A stretch of DNA of 64,000 nt from an uncultured Anaerolineales bacterium (GCA_964586915.1 CAZPJP010000001.1:11342-75341), one strand, 5' to 3'; shown: positions 51,984-62,793, numbered from the stretch's first letter. A program made the numbers and translations. Notes: generated from the letters alone by a model not told the origin.

Positions 51984-53632
51984 TGCTTTCGGAGACTGAG
52001 AATTGAACCGGAAGCCAACGACGGGCGACGTCGCAGGGCGTGGCGGATCAAGGTGAGCTCTTCCACGCCCAATAGCCTCATCAGGCCGAGATAGACCAGA
52101 GCCCCTGTCCCGGTGGCTGCGAGGATGCGCATAAGGTAGCCCAGAGAGCCTGGCGGCACGAGCGGCCGTAACCCGCCCAGGACGACCAGCATCAGCGGAG
52201 CCATGGCCAGAGCGGCGCCTGACGAGAGAAGTGTGGTTCGCCCAACGCCGTAAGGCCGCAGGCTCCCAACCTTGCGGGTGAAGAGATATAGCATCAATAA
52301 TGCATGAGCCATCAACTTAAGTGAGTTGGCAAGAATCAGTTGCCACAGGCGCGGCTCGTGGAACAGGGTTGGCAGGAGCGCCATCCCGATATAGAGGACC
52401 GTCGTTCCCATCCCGACCAGTGCCGGCGTCCACGTGTCCTTTCGGGCGTAAAAAGCGAAGATCAACGGTGTGTCCAGAGCTGCAAAGATCAGGCCCAGGA
52501 TAGAAAACCGCAGCGCATGCGCTGTGGCCAGGGTGTCGGGAGGCTGGAAAGCGCCGCGCTGAAGCAGCAATGCTACTAGGGGTTGGGCCATGATCAGCAG
52601 ACCCACCGCCGCTGGCAACACCAAGATCAGCACCAGCCGCACGCCTTGTGCAAGGGTCGCGCGGAAGGCCGGTTCCTCGGCGTCGCTGGCGTAACGGGAG
52701 AGCGTCGGGAGAATGGCGACGGAGACCGCGGTGACCACGAGCCCTAGAGGGAACTGAATCAGCTTGGCGGCGTAGCTCATCCAAGCGATGCCGCTCGGTC
52801 CTGTCCGTGACGCTAAGTTGATGCTTAGCCCTCTCGCGAACAAGTCGACGAGCAGTCCCGCGCCAATGGGAAGATAGAGTCTTAGGACCTGTCCAAGGGC
52901 CGGGTGGAGTGGGAGAGGCGGTTGTAGGCGCAGACGCAGGCCCCGTAGACCGGGCAGCTGTACCGCCATCTGGGCAAAGGTCGCAACCAGCAGGCCAATC
53001 GCCAGTGTCGTCGCACCTAGCGGTCCCGTTCCTAACGCGACAATTACCAGCACCATAGCCGCGTTGTAGACGGCGCCTGTAAATGCCGGAAGCCGGAAGC
53101 GCTGGAGAGCATAGAGGATCGCCGAGAGGAGTCCCGCGATGTTCAGAAACAGGACGGCTGGCGAGGTGATGCGAATCATCGATGTCGCCAACGCCAGGTA
53201 CTCCGGCGGCAACTTCGTCCCGAGAATCCGTGCGACAGAGGGTGCGGCGATCTCCAGAAGCACCACGGTCGCTCCCAGCACCAACAACAGAATGGTCAAG
53301 ATGTGACTGAAGACCCGCCACAGCTCCTCCCGATCTTCCGAGCGCGCGTAGTCAGAGAAGACTGGTACCAACGAAGCGCTGAGCATCCCGCCCACCAGCT
53401 GGTCGTAGAGCATAGTAGGGACCTGGGATGCCACGTCGAAGGCGCTGACGGCGCCCCCTGCGCCAAAGAAGTAGGACTTCGCCATCTCGCTCACGAGTCC
53501 CAGCGCTCGGCTGGTAACGCTGCCAATGGAGATCAAAATCGCGGCGCGAGTCACGCGCCGCGCCTCTTCCGAAAGTCCTTCCTGATCACTCATCGCAATC
53601 TGGGATTCTACTGTCTTTTGGGTGCGTGACAA
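51980..53632 (-). CDS. murJ: Lipid II flippase MurJ
   Basis: 550 aa, ~14 TM helices. SVTSRALGLVSEMAKSYFFGAGGAVSAFDVASQVPTMLY...LSASLVPVFS matches the MurJ N-terminal signature. The start may instead be the internal ATG at 53593. Confidence 0.85.
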   Translation of the reverse strand: MSRTQKTVESQIAMSDQEGLSEEARRVTRAAILISIGSVTSRALGLVSEMAKSYFFGAGGAVSAFDVASQVPTMLYDQLVGGMLSASLVPVFSDYARSEDREELWRVFSHILTILLLVLGATVVLLEIAAPSVARILGTKLPPEYLALATSMIRITSPAVLFLNIAGLLSAILYALQRFRLPAFTGAVYNAAMVLVIVALGTGPLGATTLAIGLLVATFAQMAVQLPGLRGLRLRLQPPLPLHPALGQVLRLYLPIGAGLLVDLFARGLSINLASRTGPSGIAWMSYAAKLIQFPLGLVVTAVSVAILPTLSRYASDAEEPAFRATLAQGVRLVLILVLPAAVGLLIMAQPLVALLLQRGAFQPPDTLATAHALRFSILGLIFAALDTPLIFAFYARKDTWTPALVGMGTTVLYIGMALLPTLFHEPRLWQLILANSLKLMAHALLMLYLFTRKVGSLRPYGVGRTTLLSSGAALAMAPLMLVVLGGLRPLVPPGSLGYLMRILAATGTGALVYLGLMRLLGVEELTLIRHALRRRPSLASGSILSLRKQ

Positions 53633-53740
53633 GGAACGCGGAGATCAAGGGGGCCGAGCGGGCCCCGCAGCGCACACGCGCAGCGGGGTAACAGCGCCAT
53701 CCCACCTCGCTCAACGTATCGCTGGGCGCCTCGCGCGGGC

Positions 53741-55273
53741 TTATGTAGGTGTCCCGATTCGGGCGACGATCCGGGCGTCCTCTTCGCGAGCAACACGGAT
53801 GCCCGCTTCGACATCGACGAGCTGGAGCAGGAAGATACCGAGGGCGAAGAAGAGGATCAGGCTCAGGATGGCAGGACGGCTGCTGCCGAAAAGCGTGGCT
53901 GCCGCTGCGAACAGGAGCGGGCCCAGGATCGCCGAGAATTTCTCCATCACACCGAAGAGCCCAAAGAACTCACCGCTCTTCGCCGGCGGCGAGAGGCTGG
54001 CGTAGAGGCTGCGACTCAAGGCCTGACTGCCGCCCTGGACCACAGCTACCATCCAGGCGAGCAGCCAAAACTCCACGACAGAGCGCAGGAAGTATCCCCA
54101 GACCGCGATGACGGCATAGATGATCAGAGCCAAGATGATGCTGCGTTTAGTGTCGAGCGTAGCGGCCAGTCCGGAGAATAGCGCGCGTCCAAGCAGCAGC
54201 GAAAAGAGCACCCCCACCGCTTCCACTGCACCGATCAAGCCCAAGATCTGTCCGAGGCCGAGCTCGGGCAGTATCCGCGCACCTAAGACGCCGACCAGCG
54301 GCAGCGCCACCATATTGTACACGACGAAGGCGAGGAAAAGCGGTCGACGCGGCTCCGACTTGCTGGGCAAGCGACCGAAGATCAGGCTGAAAGGAATGCC
54401 GACGAATTGCACCAGCAATAGCGCAAGCACGAGCTGGACGCTGTCAAACCCCAGCTCCGCACCGTAGATGCTGGCTACACCGATAATCGTCCCAATGGCG
54501 TCATTGTAGATCAGAAATGCGATGAGGAACTTGAAAAGCTCCTTGTAGAGACGGATGTCCTTGAAGACGTCCGCCAGCCTGCGGAAGCTCACGGAGATCA
54601 CGTTCTCACTAGGCGCAAGCTCCGCTGTCGCTGAAAGGGGTTCCGGCACGCGGCGGAGCAGTGGGATGGAGAAGACCGCCCACCACACAGCGACGCTCAC
54701 AAAGGAGAGCCGCGGCCCCCACGTGCCGGGCAGGAACGAGACCATCGCGGCGTTGACGGCCAATAGGAGGCCCCCGCCAAGGTAGCCCAGAGCATATCCC
54801 TTCGCGGAGACGCGATCCTGCTCCTCCCTCGGGGCGACGTGAGGGAGGAGGGCGTCGTAGAAGACGTTGGCGCTGGTGAACCCGATACGCGCCAGGACAA
54901 AGAGAATGGAGGCCAGCAGCCAGTCACCGGTGTCGACGAGGACCAGCAGAGCGGTTCCAAGAATGCCCATCGTCGCGAACATGGTCAGAAAGCGCTTCTT
55001 GCTTCGGACGACATCGGAGACGGTGCCCAGAATTGGAGAGAGGATCGCGACGATCAGTAAAGAAAGGCTTAGACCGAGGCTCCAGTAGGCCGTTGCTATC
55101 TCGGGCGATGGCAATGTTGCCCCTGCCACCACACTGTAATAGACGGGCAGTACCGCGGCCAGAATCGTCGTTGCGAATGCTGAGTTGGCCCAATCATACA
55201 TACACCAGGCGTTGATGATCTGCTGTTTGGTGAACCGTCGAGATCCGTGAGCCTTACGAGCGTCGGCGACCAT
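53741..55273 (-). CDS. MFS transporter (UMF1/Atg22-like)
   Basis: 510 aa. WCMYDWANSAFATTILAAVLPVYY is typical of the UMF1 family; ~12 TM helices. Confidence 0.8.
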   Translation of the reverse strand: MVADARKAHGSRRFTKQQIINAWCMYDWANSAFATTILAAVLPVYYSVVAGATLPSPEIATAYWSLGLSLSLLIVAILSPILGTVSDVVRSKKRFLTMFATMGILGTALLVLVDTGDWLLASILFVLARIGFTSANVFYDALLPHVAPREEQDRVSAKGYALGYLGGGLLLAVNAAMVSFLPGTWGPRLSFVSVAVWWAVFSIPLLRRVPEPLSATAELAPSENVISVSFRRLADVFKDIRLYKELFKFLIAFLIYNDAIGTIIGVASIYGAELGFDSVQLVLALLLVQFVGIPFSLIFGRLPSKSEPRRPLFLAFVVYNMVALPLVGVLGARILPELGLGQILGLIGAVEAVGVLFSLLLGRALFSGLAATLDTKRSIILALIIYAVIAVWGYFLRSVVEFWLLAWMVAVVQGGSQALSRSLYASLSPPAKSGEFFGLFGVMEKFSAILGPLLFAAAATLFGSSRPAILSLILFFALGIFLLQLVDVEAGIRVAREEDARIVARIGTPT

Positions 55274-55315
55274 TCTCCCTCCATAGAAGGCTGATCTGAG
55301 TTGAATCGACCAGCT

Positions 55316-57883
55316 TTACAGTATATCCACAGGGTCTATATCCACAATCCAACCGGGGGGTATGTCGATAGGACGGAGGAAATCCGCCGGCGTAACACTG
55401 CGCAGCAGGATGTGCCAGCGATAGCGCCCACGAACGCGGGCGAAGAACGCCGGGGCTGGACCGATGAGGTCCGTTGGGGGAAGACCCTCCTCGGCCAGCG
55501 TCTCGCGTAGCCGGTCGGCCATTTGCTCGGCCGAGCGCTGCGCTTTCCTTGCATTTCGGTGCGCGATCACCAGGCGCGCCAGGCGAATGGCGGGTGGGTA
55601 GCCTGCCGTGCGGCGGAATCTGAGTTCGCGCTGCGCAAACGCCTCAAAGTCATGCGATGCGGCGAACTGGATTGCGTAGTGATCTGGATGATAGGTCTGG
55701 ATCACCACCTGCCCGCCGAGGATACCCCGTCCCGACCGGCCAGCAACCTGAGCCAGGAGCTGAAACGTGCGCTCTGCGGCCCGGAAATCGGGCAGATTCA
55801 GAGCCGTGTCAGCCGAGATGACGCCGACCACGGTGACCTTAGGGATGTCCAAGCCACGGGCCACCATCTGTGTTCCCACGAGGATGTCCGCATCGCCCCG
55901 TGCGAAATGTCCCATAATCGTCGCGTGAGCGCCGCGAGAGCGGGCCGCATCCTGGTCCCATCGCAGCAGCCGCGCGCGTGGCCAGCGCTGTGCAACGCGA
56001 GATTCCAGGCCCTCCGTGCCCAGGCCGAAGGCGCGGACGCGACGTGAACCGCAGGCCGGGCACCGTTGGACGAGACCCCGTCGATATCCGCACCGGTGAC
56101 AGATCAGCGCCGAGGCCCGGCGGTGTTGCGTCAAAGGGATATCGCATCTCGGGCATTCCGCGACCCAGCCGCAGTCCCGACAGAAGACGTAGGTGGCGGA
56201 CCCTCGTCGGTTGAGGAAGAGGATCGCTTGCTCACCGCGATCCAGCGCTTGATCTACGGCTTCCTGCAAAGCACGACTGAAGACCGAGCGGTTGCCCGAT
56301 CGAAGTTCGGCTCGCATATCGACCACGTCAACCGGCGGCAACGGAATGGTGACCGCCTGTGGCGCGACCGCGGGTCCCTCTGATGCCATGTCGACCAGCC
56401 GGCCCGCCACCTCAGAGAGCGGGCGGTAGCGGCTGCGGGGCAGGTGCAGCACCCGTTGCCAGTCTGCGACCCGCCGAGCGTGGCTCATAATACGGGCAGG
56501 CAGGCGGAGCAGGCGGTAGCGCCCTTCTGTCGCACGTGCGTAAGCCTCCAGGGAGGGGGTGGCGCTGCCCATCACGAGGAGCGCGTTGGTTATCGATGCG
56601 AGCTGCTCGGCGGTTTCGCGCGCATGATAGTAGGGGGTCCGTGCACTCTTGTAACTGGTATCTTCCTCCTCGTCCAGGACAATCAGACCCAGATCTGGGA
56701 ACGGAGCGAAGAGCGCCGACCGGGCCCCAACTACGATGCTCAGGTCTCCGCTGCGTACACGTCGCCAGGTATCAAATCGCTCGCCATCGCTCAGACCACT
56801 GTGCCACAGACCGACCTGGCCCGGAAACCGCACGGCAAACCGCCGCACCGTCTGGGGCGTCAGGCTGATCTCCGGCACGAGGATCAGCGCCTGCTTGCCC
56901 TGTCGTAGCACTTCGGCCGCCGCCCGCATGTAAATCTCGGTTTTGCCCGAGCCGGTGACGCCGAGCAACAGCACGCCTGTGAACGCCACAGGCCGGGCTC
57001 GTTCAGCCCCAGGTTTCAGCAGCGCCTCGAGCTCGCGCCAGACGCTCTGCTGTCCAGGCGTCAGTGAGGGCGCCTGATCGGGGGTGAAAATCTGGTCCTC
57101 AAGCGGATCTCGCATCACCTCACGCCGGCTGGTGGAGACCAGACCTCGCTCCTCCAGTTTCTGGACATGGTAAGTATCGGCACCCGTCTCAGCGCGCACG
57201 ACACTGACCTCAACTGGCTGTCCCTCGCTCTCGAGAAAGCTGAGAATGGATCGATAGAGCTCCGTCAGCCGCAGCCCTTTCAGCCCCTCGGGCCACTGGT
57301 CCCTGGGGGCCACCAGCTCTGCCATCGGTATCTCTCGCGGCTGGATCTTCGGGAGGCGGAGCAGGCGTTCGACTTTGATGTATCCCCGACGCTCCAGAAA
57401 GTGGCGAGTCCGTCGTAAGTCGACCTGCTTGAGCGCCGATCGCACCTGGGTGCTCTTCAATGGTCCGCGTTCAATCAGGAGCTGCAACACCGCTCCTGCG
57501 GATCCTGGCAGATCCGGGGGTACGTGATCGACCCGGGGGGTCAGCTTTAGATAGGCCTGGGGTCGCATCCCCGGCGGCAGCATCGTCTGGACGCAGCGGT
57601 GCAGCGGTGCAAGCCAGGCATCGGCCAGCCAGCGGGCGAGTCGCAGCAGCGTCTCGTCGAGCACCGGTTCGGGATCGAGCACGCTGCTGATCGGACGCGT
57701 ATCCGGGACCGACCGTGTCTGCGAGATGCCCATTACGATACCGGGAAGGATCCGCGTCCGAAGTGGTACTACCACGAGGACGCCGGGCCGGATCGCGGGC
57801 TTAAGGGACTCGGGGACTTCGTAGTCGAGGAAGGGCGAGTGACGGAGCCGGATCGGCTGGAAGACTAAGACTTGGGCATACAT
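55316..57883 (-). CDS. priA: Primosomal protein N' (replication restart helicase PriA)
   Basis: Walker A GSGKTEIY, DEEED box, Cys-rich zinc region (CRDCGWVAECPRCDIPLTQH...CHRCGY...CPACGS). The start is taken at ATG 57883 (MYAQVLVFQPI...); ORF-track start 57919 would overlap the upstream gene by 26 nt. Confidence 0.9.
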   Translation of the reverse strand: MYAQVLVFQPIRLRHSPFLDYEVPESLKPAIRPGVLVVVPLRTRILPGIVMGISQTRSVPDTRPISSVLDPEPVLDETLLRLARWLADAWLAPLHRCVQTMLPPGMRPQAYLKLTPRVDHVPPDLPGSAGAVLQLLIERGPLKSTQVRSALKQVDLRRTRHFLERRGYIKVERLLRLPKIQPREIPMAELVAPRDQWPEGLKGLRLTELYRSILSFLESEGQPVEVSVVRAETGADTYHVQKLEERGLVSTSRREVMRDPLEDQIFTPDQAPSLTPGQQSVWRELEALLKPGAERARPVAFTGVLLLGVTGSGKTEIYMRAAAEVLRQGKQALILVPEISLTPQTVRRFAVRFPGQVGLWHSGLSDGERFDTWRRVRSGDLSIVVGARSALFAPFPDLGLIVLDEEEDTSYKSARTPYYHARETAEQLASITNALLVMGSATPSLEAYARATEGRYRLLRLPARIMSHARRVADWQRVLHLPRSRYRPLSEVAGRLVDMASEGPAVAPQAVTIPLPPVDVVDMRAELRSGNRSVFSRALQEAVDQALDRGEQAILFLNRRGSATYVFCRDCGWVAECPRCDIPLTQHRRASALICHRCGYRRGLVQRCPACGSRRVRAFGLGTEGLESRVAQRWPRARLLRWDQDAARSRGAHATIMGHFARGDADILVGTQMVARGLDIPKVTVVGVISADTALNLPDFRAAERTFQLLAQVAGRSGRGILGGQVVIQTYHPDHYAIQFAASHDFEAFAQRELRFRRTAGYPPAIRLARLVIAHRNARKAQRSAEQMADRLRETLAEEGLPPTDLIGPAPAFFARVRGRYRWHILLRSVTPADFLRPIDIPPGWIVDIDPVDIL

Positions 57884-57893
57884 AGCCGGTGCT

Positions 57894-59108
57894 CTAGGCG
57901 CGATGTCGCCCTGGCTCACGCCAGAGAGAGCGGTAAATCCGCGTTAAGTGCAACACGGTACGCCTCCAGGAGAAGTGACGTTGGGCTCGCTCCCGCAATC
58001 GCAGCCCCAGCTCGCGTCCCGCCACAGGATCGTCGATGGCCGAGGCCAGGGCGTGGGCCAGCGCCTCGACATCACCCAAAGGGGACGCATAGAACCCGAG
58101 CGAGCTCAGGTACTCTCGGCTCACTGGTGTGTCATAGGCCACCACCGGCAACCCCATCGCCATGTAATTCAGGATACTGCCGCTGCCCTCCGTAGCCGAC
58201 AGCTTCGGTTTGACTGATACGTCTCCGAGCGCCAGATAGCGGGGAGCCTCTTCATAAGGGATTTTGCCTGTGAAGACGACATCCTGAGGCGTCAGACCGA
58301 GATCGCGCGCCTGTTGACCGTAGGAATCCATACCGGGGAAGCCCATGACCAGGCACGAGATGGGGACGTCCCCGGCCCGCAACCGCGCTAACGCCTGTAG
58401 CAGCTGCGGGATGCCCTGGTAGTCTGCCAGGAGTCCGAGGTAGACGACGATCCGTCGGTCGGGCGGAAAGCCGAGCGCCGCACGCTGCTCGGCGCGCTCC
58501 CCGGCTGTGAGGCAGTCGGGACAGAAGAAGTCGAGGTTAACGCTATCGGGAAGGGGATAGACGGCGTCCGTGCGCCCAAACCCACGGGCCAGAAGTTGGG
58601 CGCTGTGGGTCGTGCTGGTGATGATAGCGTTGGGCAGCTCCACGATGCGCTCCTCAAGCCTGCGCCACCAGTGGTAGGCTAGGCTATTCCGGGTCAAAAA
58701 GCCGTGATCGAGCATCTCTCCCGTCAAGCTTCCCTGGAAATCAAAGAGAACCGGCGCGCCGACAATGCGTCCGGCTAGGCTTCCGATGAGTGCGCCTTCA
58801 TGCAGATGTCCGTGGATCACGTCAGGTCGCCATCGCAGCGCCTCTCGCACGACACGGGCGGATAGCAGGACGTCAAAGGCGATCTTGTGGCGGGAGGATC
58901 CCACCTCGTAATCAGCGCGCCAGGGCGTAGGACGAGAGCGCACGATATCAAGGCCTGGCCAATCACGACCCAAGTAATAGGTGACAATCCGAACCTGGTG
59001 GCCTTGAGCTTGGAGGGCCAGGGCCTCCTCCAGAATGCGGACGTGACACCCATAGTCGAGGAAGAAGGAGGTCGGCGCGACCATCAAGATCCGGCGTGCA
59101 CGGTTCAT
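57894..59108 (-). CDS. Glycosyltransferase family 4
   Basis: 404 aa with a GT-B fold layout. The C-terminal E(x7)E-like region (ATEGSGSILNYMAMGLPVVAYD) is typical of GT4. Confidence 0.85.
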   Translation of the reverse strand: MNRARRILMVAPTSFFLDYGCHVRILEEALALQAQGHQVRIVTYYLGRDWPGLDIVRSRPTPWRADYEVGSSRHKIAFDVLLSARVVREALRWRPDVIHGHLHEGALIGSLAGRIVGAPVLFDFQGSLTGEMLDHGFLTRNSLAYHWWRRLEERIVELPNAIITSTTHSAQLLARGFGRTDAVYPLPDSVNLDFFCPDCLTAGERAEQRAALGFPPDRRIVVYLGLLADYQGIPQLLQALARLRAGDVPISCLVMGFPGMDSYGQQARDLGLTPQDVVFTGKIPYEEAPRYLALGDVSVKPKLSATEGSGSILNYMAMGLPVVAYDTPVSREYLSSLGFYASPLGDVEALAHALASAIDDPVAGRELGLRLRERAQRHFSWRRTVLHLTRIYRSLWREPGRHRA

Positions 59109-59147
59109 ATGCAGTTGGTGCCGATCATCATGATCTTATTGTGCGTC

Positions 59148-59729
59148 CTAGCTCTCATCCGCTTCGTGCAGAGCAATAAGCTCTGTGTCGCTCGATTCGG
59201 GTCGGGGACCCTGCCCATTGGCGTGATGGTGCCGGATCAGTCTGACAATCCGATCCGCAGCGCCCGCCTCGGCGACCATCTCCGCGCCCCATACAGCGTG
59301 ATAGTGTCGCACCAGAAAGCCGCGCCGCACACCTTTCAGGGCGCCGGTCATCGGGCCCTGCCCCCGCCATCGTGCGGCCATCCGTGGTAGGAACCGCTCC
59401 ACCAGGACGACGAACACCCGTTCCCACAAGCGCGGCGGGGCGATCGTCTTACCCACATCGTGGAGCAGGGCAGCGGCCATAAGGTCGGGATCGGTGAAGC
59501 CTTGTTCCTCCAGAATCTGACAGGTGCGAACCCCGTGGTGCTGCTCTGCTTTGGGCATAGCGCGGAAGAGTTTCCATAGAGCCGCAGGACGCTGCGTGCG
59601 ACTCAGGCGAGCTCGGACGTAGGCCTCATCAATGGGTGTCACCGCCGCGCGCAGGACTTGGAAGAACTGTCGCGCGCGGTGTCGCGCTCGACAAAGGACC
59701 CTACGAGCTGGACGATCGCTCCTTGGCAC
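59148..59729 (-). CDS. HD-domain phosphohydrolase
   Basis: 193 aa with HH...AALLHDVGK (HD motif). The GTG start lies 3 nt after the upstream stop. Confidence 0.7.
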   Translation of the reverse strand: MPRSDRPARRVLCRARHRARQFFQVLRAAVTPIDEAYVRARLSRTQRPAALWKLFRAMPKAEQHHGVRTCQILEEQGFTDPDLMAAALLHDVGKTIAPPRLWERVFVVLVERFLPRMAARWRGQGPMTGALKGVRRGFLVRHYHAVWGAEMVAEAGAADRIVRLIRHHHANGQGPRPESSDTELIALHEADES

Positions 59730-59732
59730 GTT

Positions 59733-60374
59733 TCACCAGGGAAGTAGCAATCTCAGCAGGAACTGTTGAAATGGCGCGACCAGCAGCCTCACCAGGTCGA
59801 TGCCTAGTTGGGGAAGCAGGAAGAGCACAAAGATGAGAATATACATCGCGTAGGGCTCCAAACTCTCCAATACATCCCCAACCTGTGGCGGTGCGACCCC
59901 CGCCAGCACGCGTGATCCGTCGAGCGGCGGGATGGGCAGCATGTTGAAGGCAGCGAGACCGATATTGACCTGAATAGCCGCGAGGAGCACCTGCGCTAGG
60001 CGATAGGCCTGTTCAGAACCAAGCGAGGAGAACAGCCCCAGATGGAACGGGATGCTCAGCACCATCGCCTGTATGATGTTCGAGAGCGGTCCTGCGAATG
60101 CCGAAAGCGCCATGCCTGCCCGTGGGCTTTTCGCCTTGGACATACGATACGGATTTACCCGCGCTGAGCGGCCCCATCCGAAGCCTGTAAACAGGATCAT
60201 CAGGGTCCCGACGGGATCTAGGTGGATGAGCGGATTGAGCGAGAGGCGCCCCTGTATCTCAGGGGTCTCATCTCCCAGGAGATGCGCGACCCATCCGTGG
60301 GCCCATTCGTGGATGGGAATGCCCAGAAAGATCACCAATATACGGCCGATCAGTATGTCCGGTCTGAATGTCAC
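59733..60374 (-). CDS. Site-2 protease family (M50) membrane metalloprotease
   Basis: 213 aa with HEWAH (HExxH) in TM1 and NMLPIPPLDG (the LDG motif). GTG start. Confidence 0.8.
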   Translation of the reverse strand: MTFRPDILIGRILVIFLGIPIHEWAHGWVAHLLGDETPEIQGRLSLNPLIHLDPVGTLMILFTGFGWGRSARVNPYRMSKAKSPRAGMALSAFAGPLSNIIQAMVLSIPFHLGLFSSLGSEQAYRLAQVLLAAIQVNIGLAAFNMLPIPPLDGSRVLAGVAPPQVGDVLESLEPYAMYILIFVLFLLPQLGIDLVRLLVAPFQQFLLRLLLPW

Positions 60375-60547
60375 ACGTTGTCTCCAGCTCGCTGATTAAG
60401 TACAAATGACCCGTGAAACTCATTGTGTCATAGAACCCGCGTTTTTCAATGGGACGCCGCCGGTTGCTGAAAAGGGTCGCGATGCTATAATCGTCGGGTA
60501 ATACCTCTAGAAAGCGCGAGGTTACTCAACGTAAGGAGAGAACATCC

Positions 60548-61558
60548 ATGAAACTCGTGATCCCGATGGCTGGCCTGGGGACTCGTATGCGACCGCATAC
60601 CTGGGCGCGTCCTAAGCCCCTGCTGCCTGTGGCCGGTCGCCCGATGTTGGACCACATCGTAGAGCGCTTCCGTGAACAGTCGATCCAGGAGTACGTTTTC
60701 ATCATTGGGTACCTTGGCGATCAAGTACAGGACTACGTTCGAATGCACTACGATGTTCCGACCTCGTTTGTCACTCAGGAGAAGATGCTGGGACAAGCGC
60801 ATGCCATCTGGCTGGCCCGCGAGCATCTCAGTGGTCCGCTCTTTCTGATGTTCGTCGACACTCTGTTTGACGACGTCGATTTCTCCGATCTGGACCGCGA
60901 GGGGTTGGATGGTGTGATCTTCACGAAGGTGGTCGATGACCCCCGGCGCTTCGGCGTGGTCGAGACCGACAGTTCTGGGCGGGCGACGCGACTCATTGAG
61001 AAACCCGACACCAAAGAGAACAAGACTGTGCTGATGGGCCTCTACTACTTTCGTGATGGGGAATGGTTGGCGGCGGCGTGTAGGGAGCTGATGGATCGGG
61101 ACATCAAGACGAAGGGGGAGTACTATCTTGCCGACGCCGTCACGCTGATGATCGAGCAGGGCGCCGACTTTCGGACCCGGACGGTGGGCGTATGGAAGGA
61201 TACCGGCAAGCCAGACACCACCTTTGATACTCACCGGTATCTGTTGGAACACGGATGCGATAACAGCCATATGGCCCCGCGGCCCGGCGCCGTTGTGATC
61301 CCGCCCGTCTTCATCCATCCCCAGGCCGTCATCGAGCGCTCAGTGGTGGGTCCTTACGTGTCCGTCGAGAAGGATGCCCGGATCCGAGACTCCGTCCTCC
61401 GCGATGTGCTCGTCGACGAGGGCGCCGAAATCACAGCCATGTGTCTGGAGAACTCCATCATCGGACGATGGACCACGCTGGAGGGCCAATTCCGACAGAT
61501 GAACGTCGGTGATTCATCCACACTGACCCCGGCGCCCAGTGAGGGGGAGGACGGCTGA
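60548..61558 (+). CDS. Sugar-phosphate nucleotidyltransferase with C-terminal left-handed beta-helix
   Basis: 336 aa. MKLVIPMAGLGTRMRPHTWARPKPLLPVAG is the G-x-G-T-R NTP-transferase signature. A hexapeptide-like C-terminus follows. Confidence 0.85.
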   Translation: MKLVIPMAGLGTRMRPHTWARPKPLLPVAGRPMLDHIVERFREQSIQEYVFIIGYLGDQVQDYVRMHYDVPTSFVTQEKMLGQAHAIWLAREHLSGPLFLMFVDTLFDDVDFSDLDREGLDGVIFTKVVDDPRRFGVVETDSSGRATRLIEKPDTKENKTVLMGLYYFRDGEWLAAACRELMDRDIKTKGEYYLADAVTLMIEQGADFRTRTVGVWKDTGKPDTTFDTHRYLLEHGCDNSHMAPRPGAVVIPPVFIHPQAVIERSVVGPYVSVEKDARIRDSVLRDVLVDEGAEITAMCLENSIIGRWTTLEGQFRQMNVGDSSTLTPAPSEGEDG

Positions 61559-61620
61559 CCTGTGGGGTGCGTGCTCTACAGACAGGTCTCACAAACACCC
61601 ATCAACGAGAGGATGTGACG

Positions 61621-62793
61621 ATGACATCAAGCCCGTTTGCTTCGGAGCGTGTTTTAGGGATTCCGCCTTCCGGGATCCGCAAGTTCTTTGACATCGCAGC
61701 AACGATGAAGAACGTGATCAGCTTGGGTATTGGAGAGCCTGATTTTGACACACCCGAGCCTATCGTGCAGGCTGGAATTAAGGCGCTACAGGATGGAGCG
61801 ACCCATTACACCTCCAATTCAGGACTGTTGGAGCTACGTGAGGCTCTGGCAACCCATCTGCAGCAGCTGTACGATGTGAATTACAGGCCGGTAGATGAGA
61901 TCCTGGTCACCGTAGGGGTTTCTGAGGCACTCTACCTGGCGATGGCTGGCCTTCTAGATCCCGGAGACGAGGTCATCGTTGCAGACCCGTGCTTTGTGGC
62001 TTACGAGCCGACGGCCAAAATGGTCAATGCCGTGCCAGTTGTGATCCCTACCACACCGGAAACCGATTTCCAGCTCACCGCCGAGGCCATCGAGAGAGTC
62101 ATCACCACCCGGACGAAGGCGCTTCTGCTCGCGTCACCCAACAATCCCACCGGCGCTGTCATCGACCGGGAGCGGCTCGTTCAGATCGCCGACGTGGCCC
62201 AGCGACACAACCTGGTCGTTATCTCAGACGAGATCTACGATCGTCTAGTCTACGGGACCACGCACACTTGCTTTGCCAGCATTCCGGGTATGCGTGAGCG
62301 CACCATTGTGCTCCAGGGGTTCTCGAAGTCGTACGCGATGACCGGCTGGCGGGTGGGCTACCTGGCGGGGCCTGCTGCCCTGATCGCGGAAGTTCGCAAG
62401 CTGCATCAGTATCTGATCATGTCGGCCCCCACGATCTCGCAATGGGCTGCTGTGAAAGCGCTTGAGGTGGGGGAGCCCTTTGTGCAGGCAATGCACGCCG
62501 AGTATGATCGGCGGCGGCGGCTGATCGTTCAGGGCCTCAACGACCTGGGCCTGGCCTGCACCGAGCCCCGGGGCGCTTTTTACGCGTTTCCCTGTGTCCA
62601 ACAGATCGGTATGGATGACGACATCTTTGCCGAAAACCTGCTCGAGGAGGAGCACGTTGCGGTGGTGCCGGGCCGGGCCTTTGGGCGCTCGGGTATGGGT
62701 TTCGTCAGGATGTCCTACGCCACAGATTACAGGAAGATCGAGATGGCGCTGGAGCGTATCGGGCGCTTCGTCCAACGCCATCGCCAAGTCTGA
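61621..62793 (+). CDS. Class I/II PLP-dependent aminotransferase
   Basis: ORF trimmed to ATG 61621. It has GEPDFDTP, NPTGAV and SFSKSYAMTGWRVGY (the PLP lysine motif). Confidence 0.9.
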   Translation: MTSSPFASERVLGIPPSGIRKFFDIAATMKNVISLGIGEPDFDTPEPIVQAGIKALQDGATHYTSNSGLLELREALATHLQQLYDVNYRPVDEILVTVGVSEALYLAMAGLLDPGDEVIVADPCFVAYEPTAKMVNAVPVVIPTTPETDFQLTAEAIERVITTRTKALLLASPNNPTGAVIDRERLVQIADVAQRHNLVVISDEIYDRLVYGTTHTCFASIPGMRERTIVLQGFSKSYAMTGWRVGYLAGPAALIAEVRKLHQYLIMSAPTISQWAAVKALEVGEPFVQAMHAEYDRRRRLIVQGLNDLGLACTEPRGAFYAFPCVQQIGMDDDIFAENLLEEEHVAVVPGRAFGRSGMGFVRMSYATDYRKIEMALERIGRFVQRHRQV

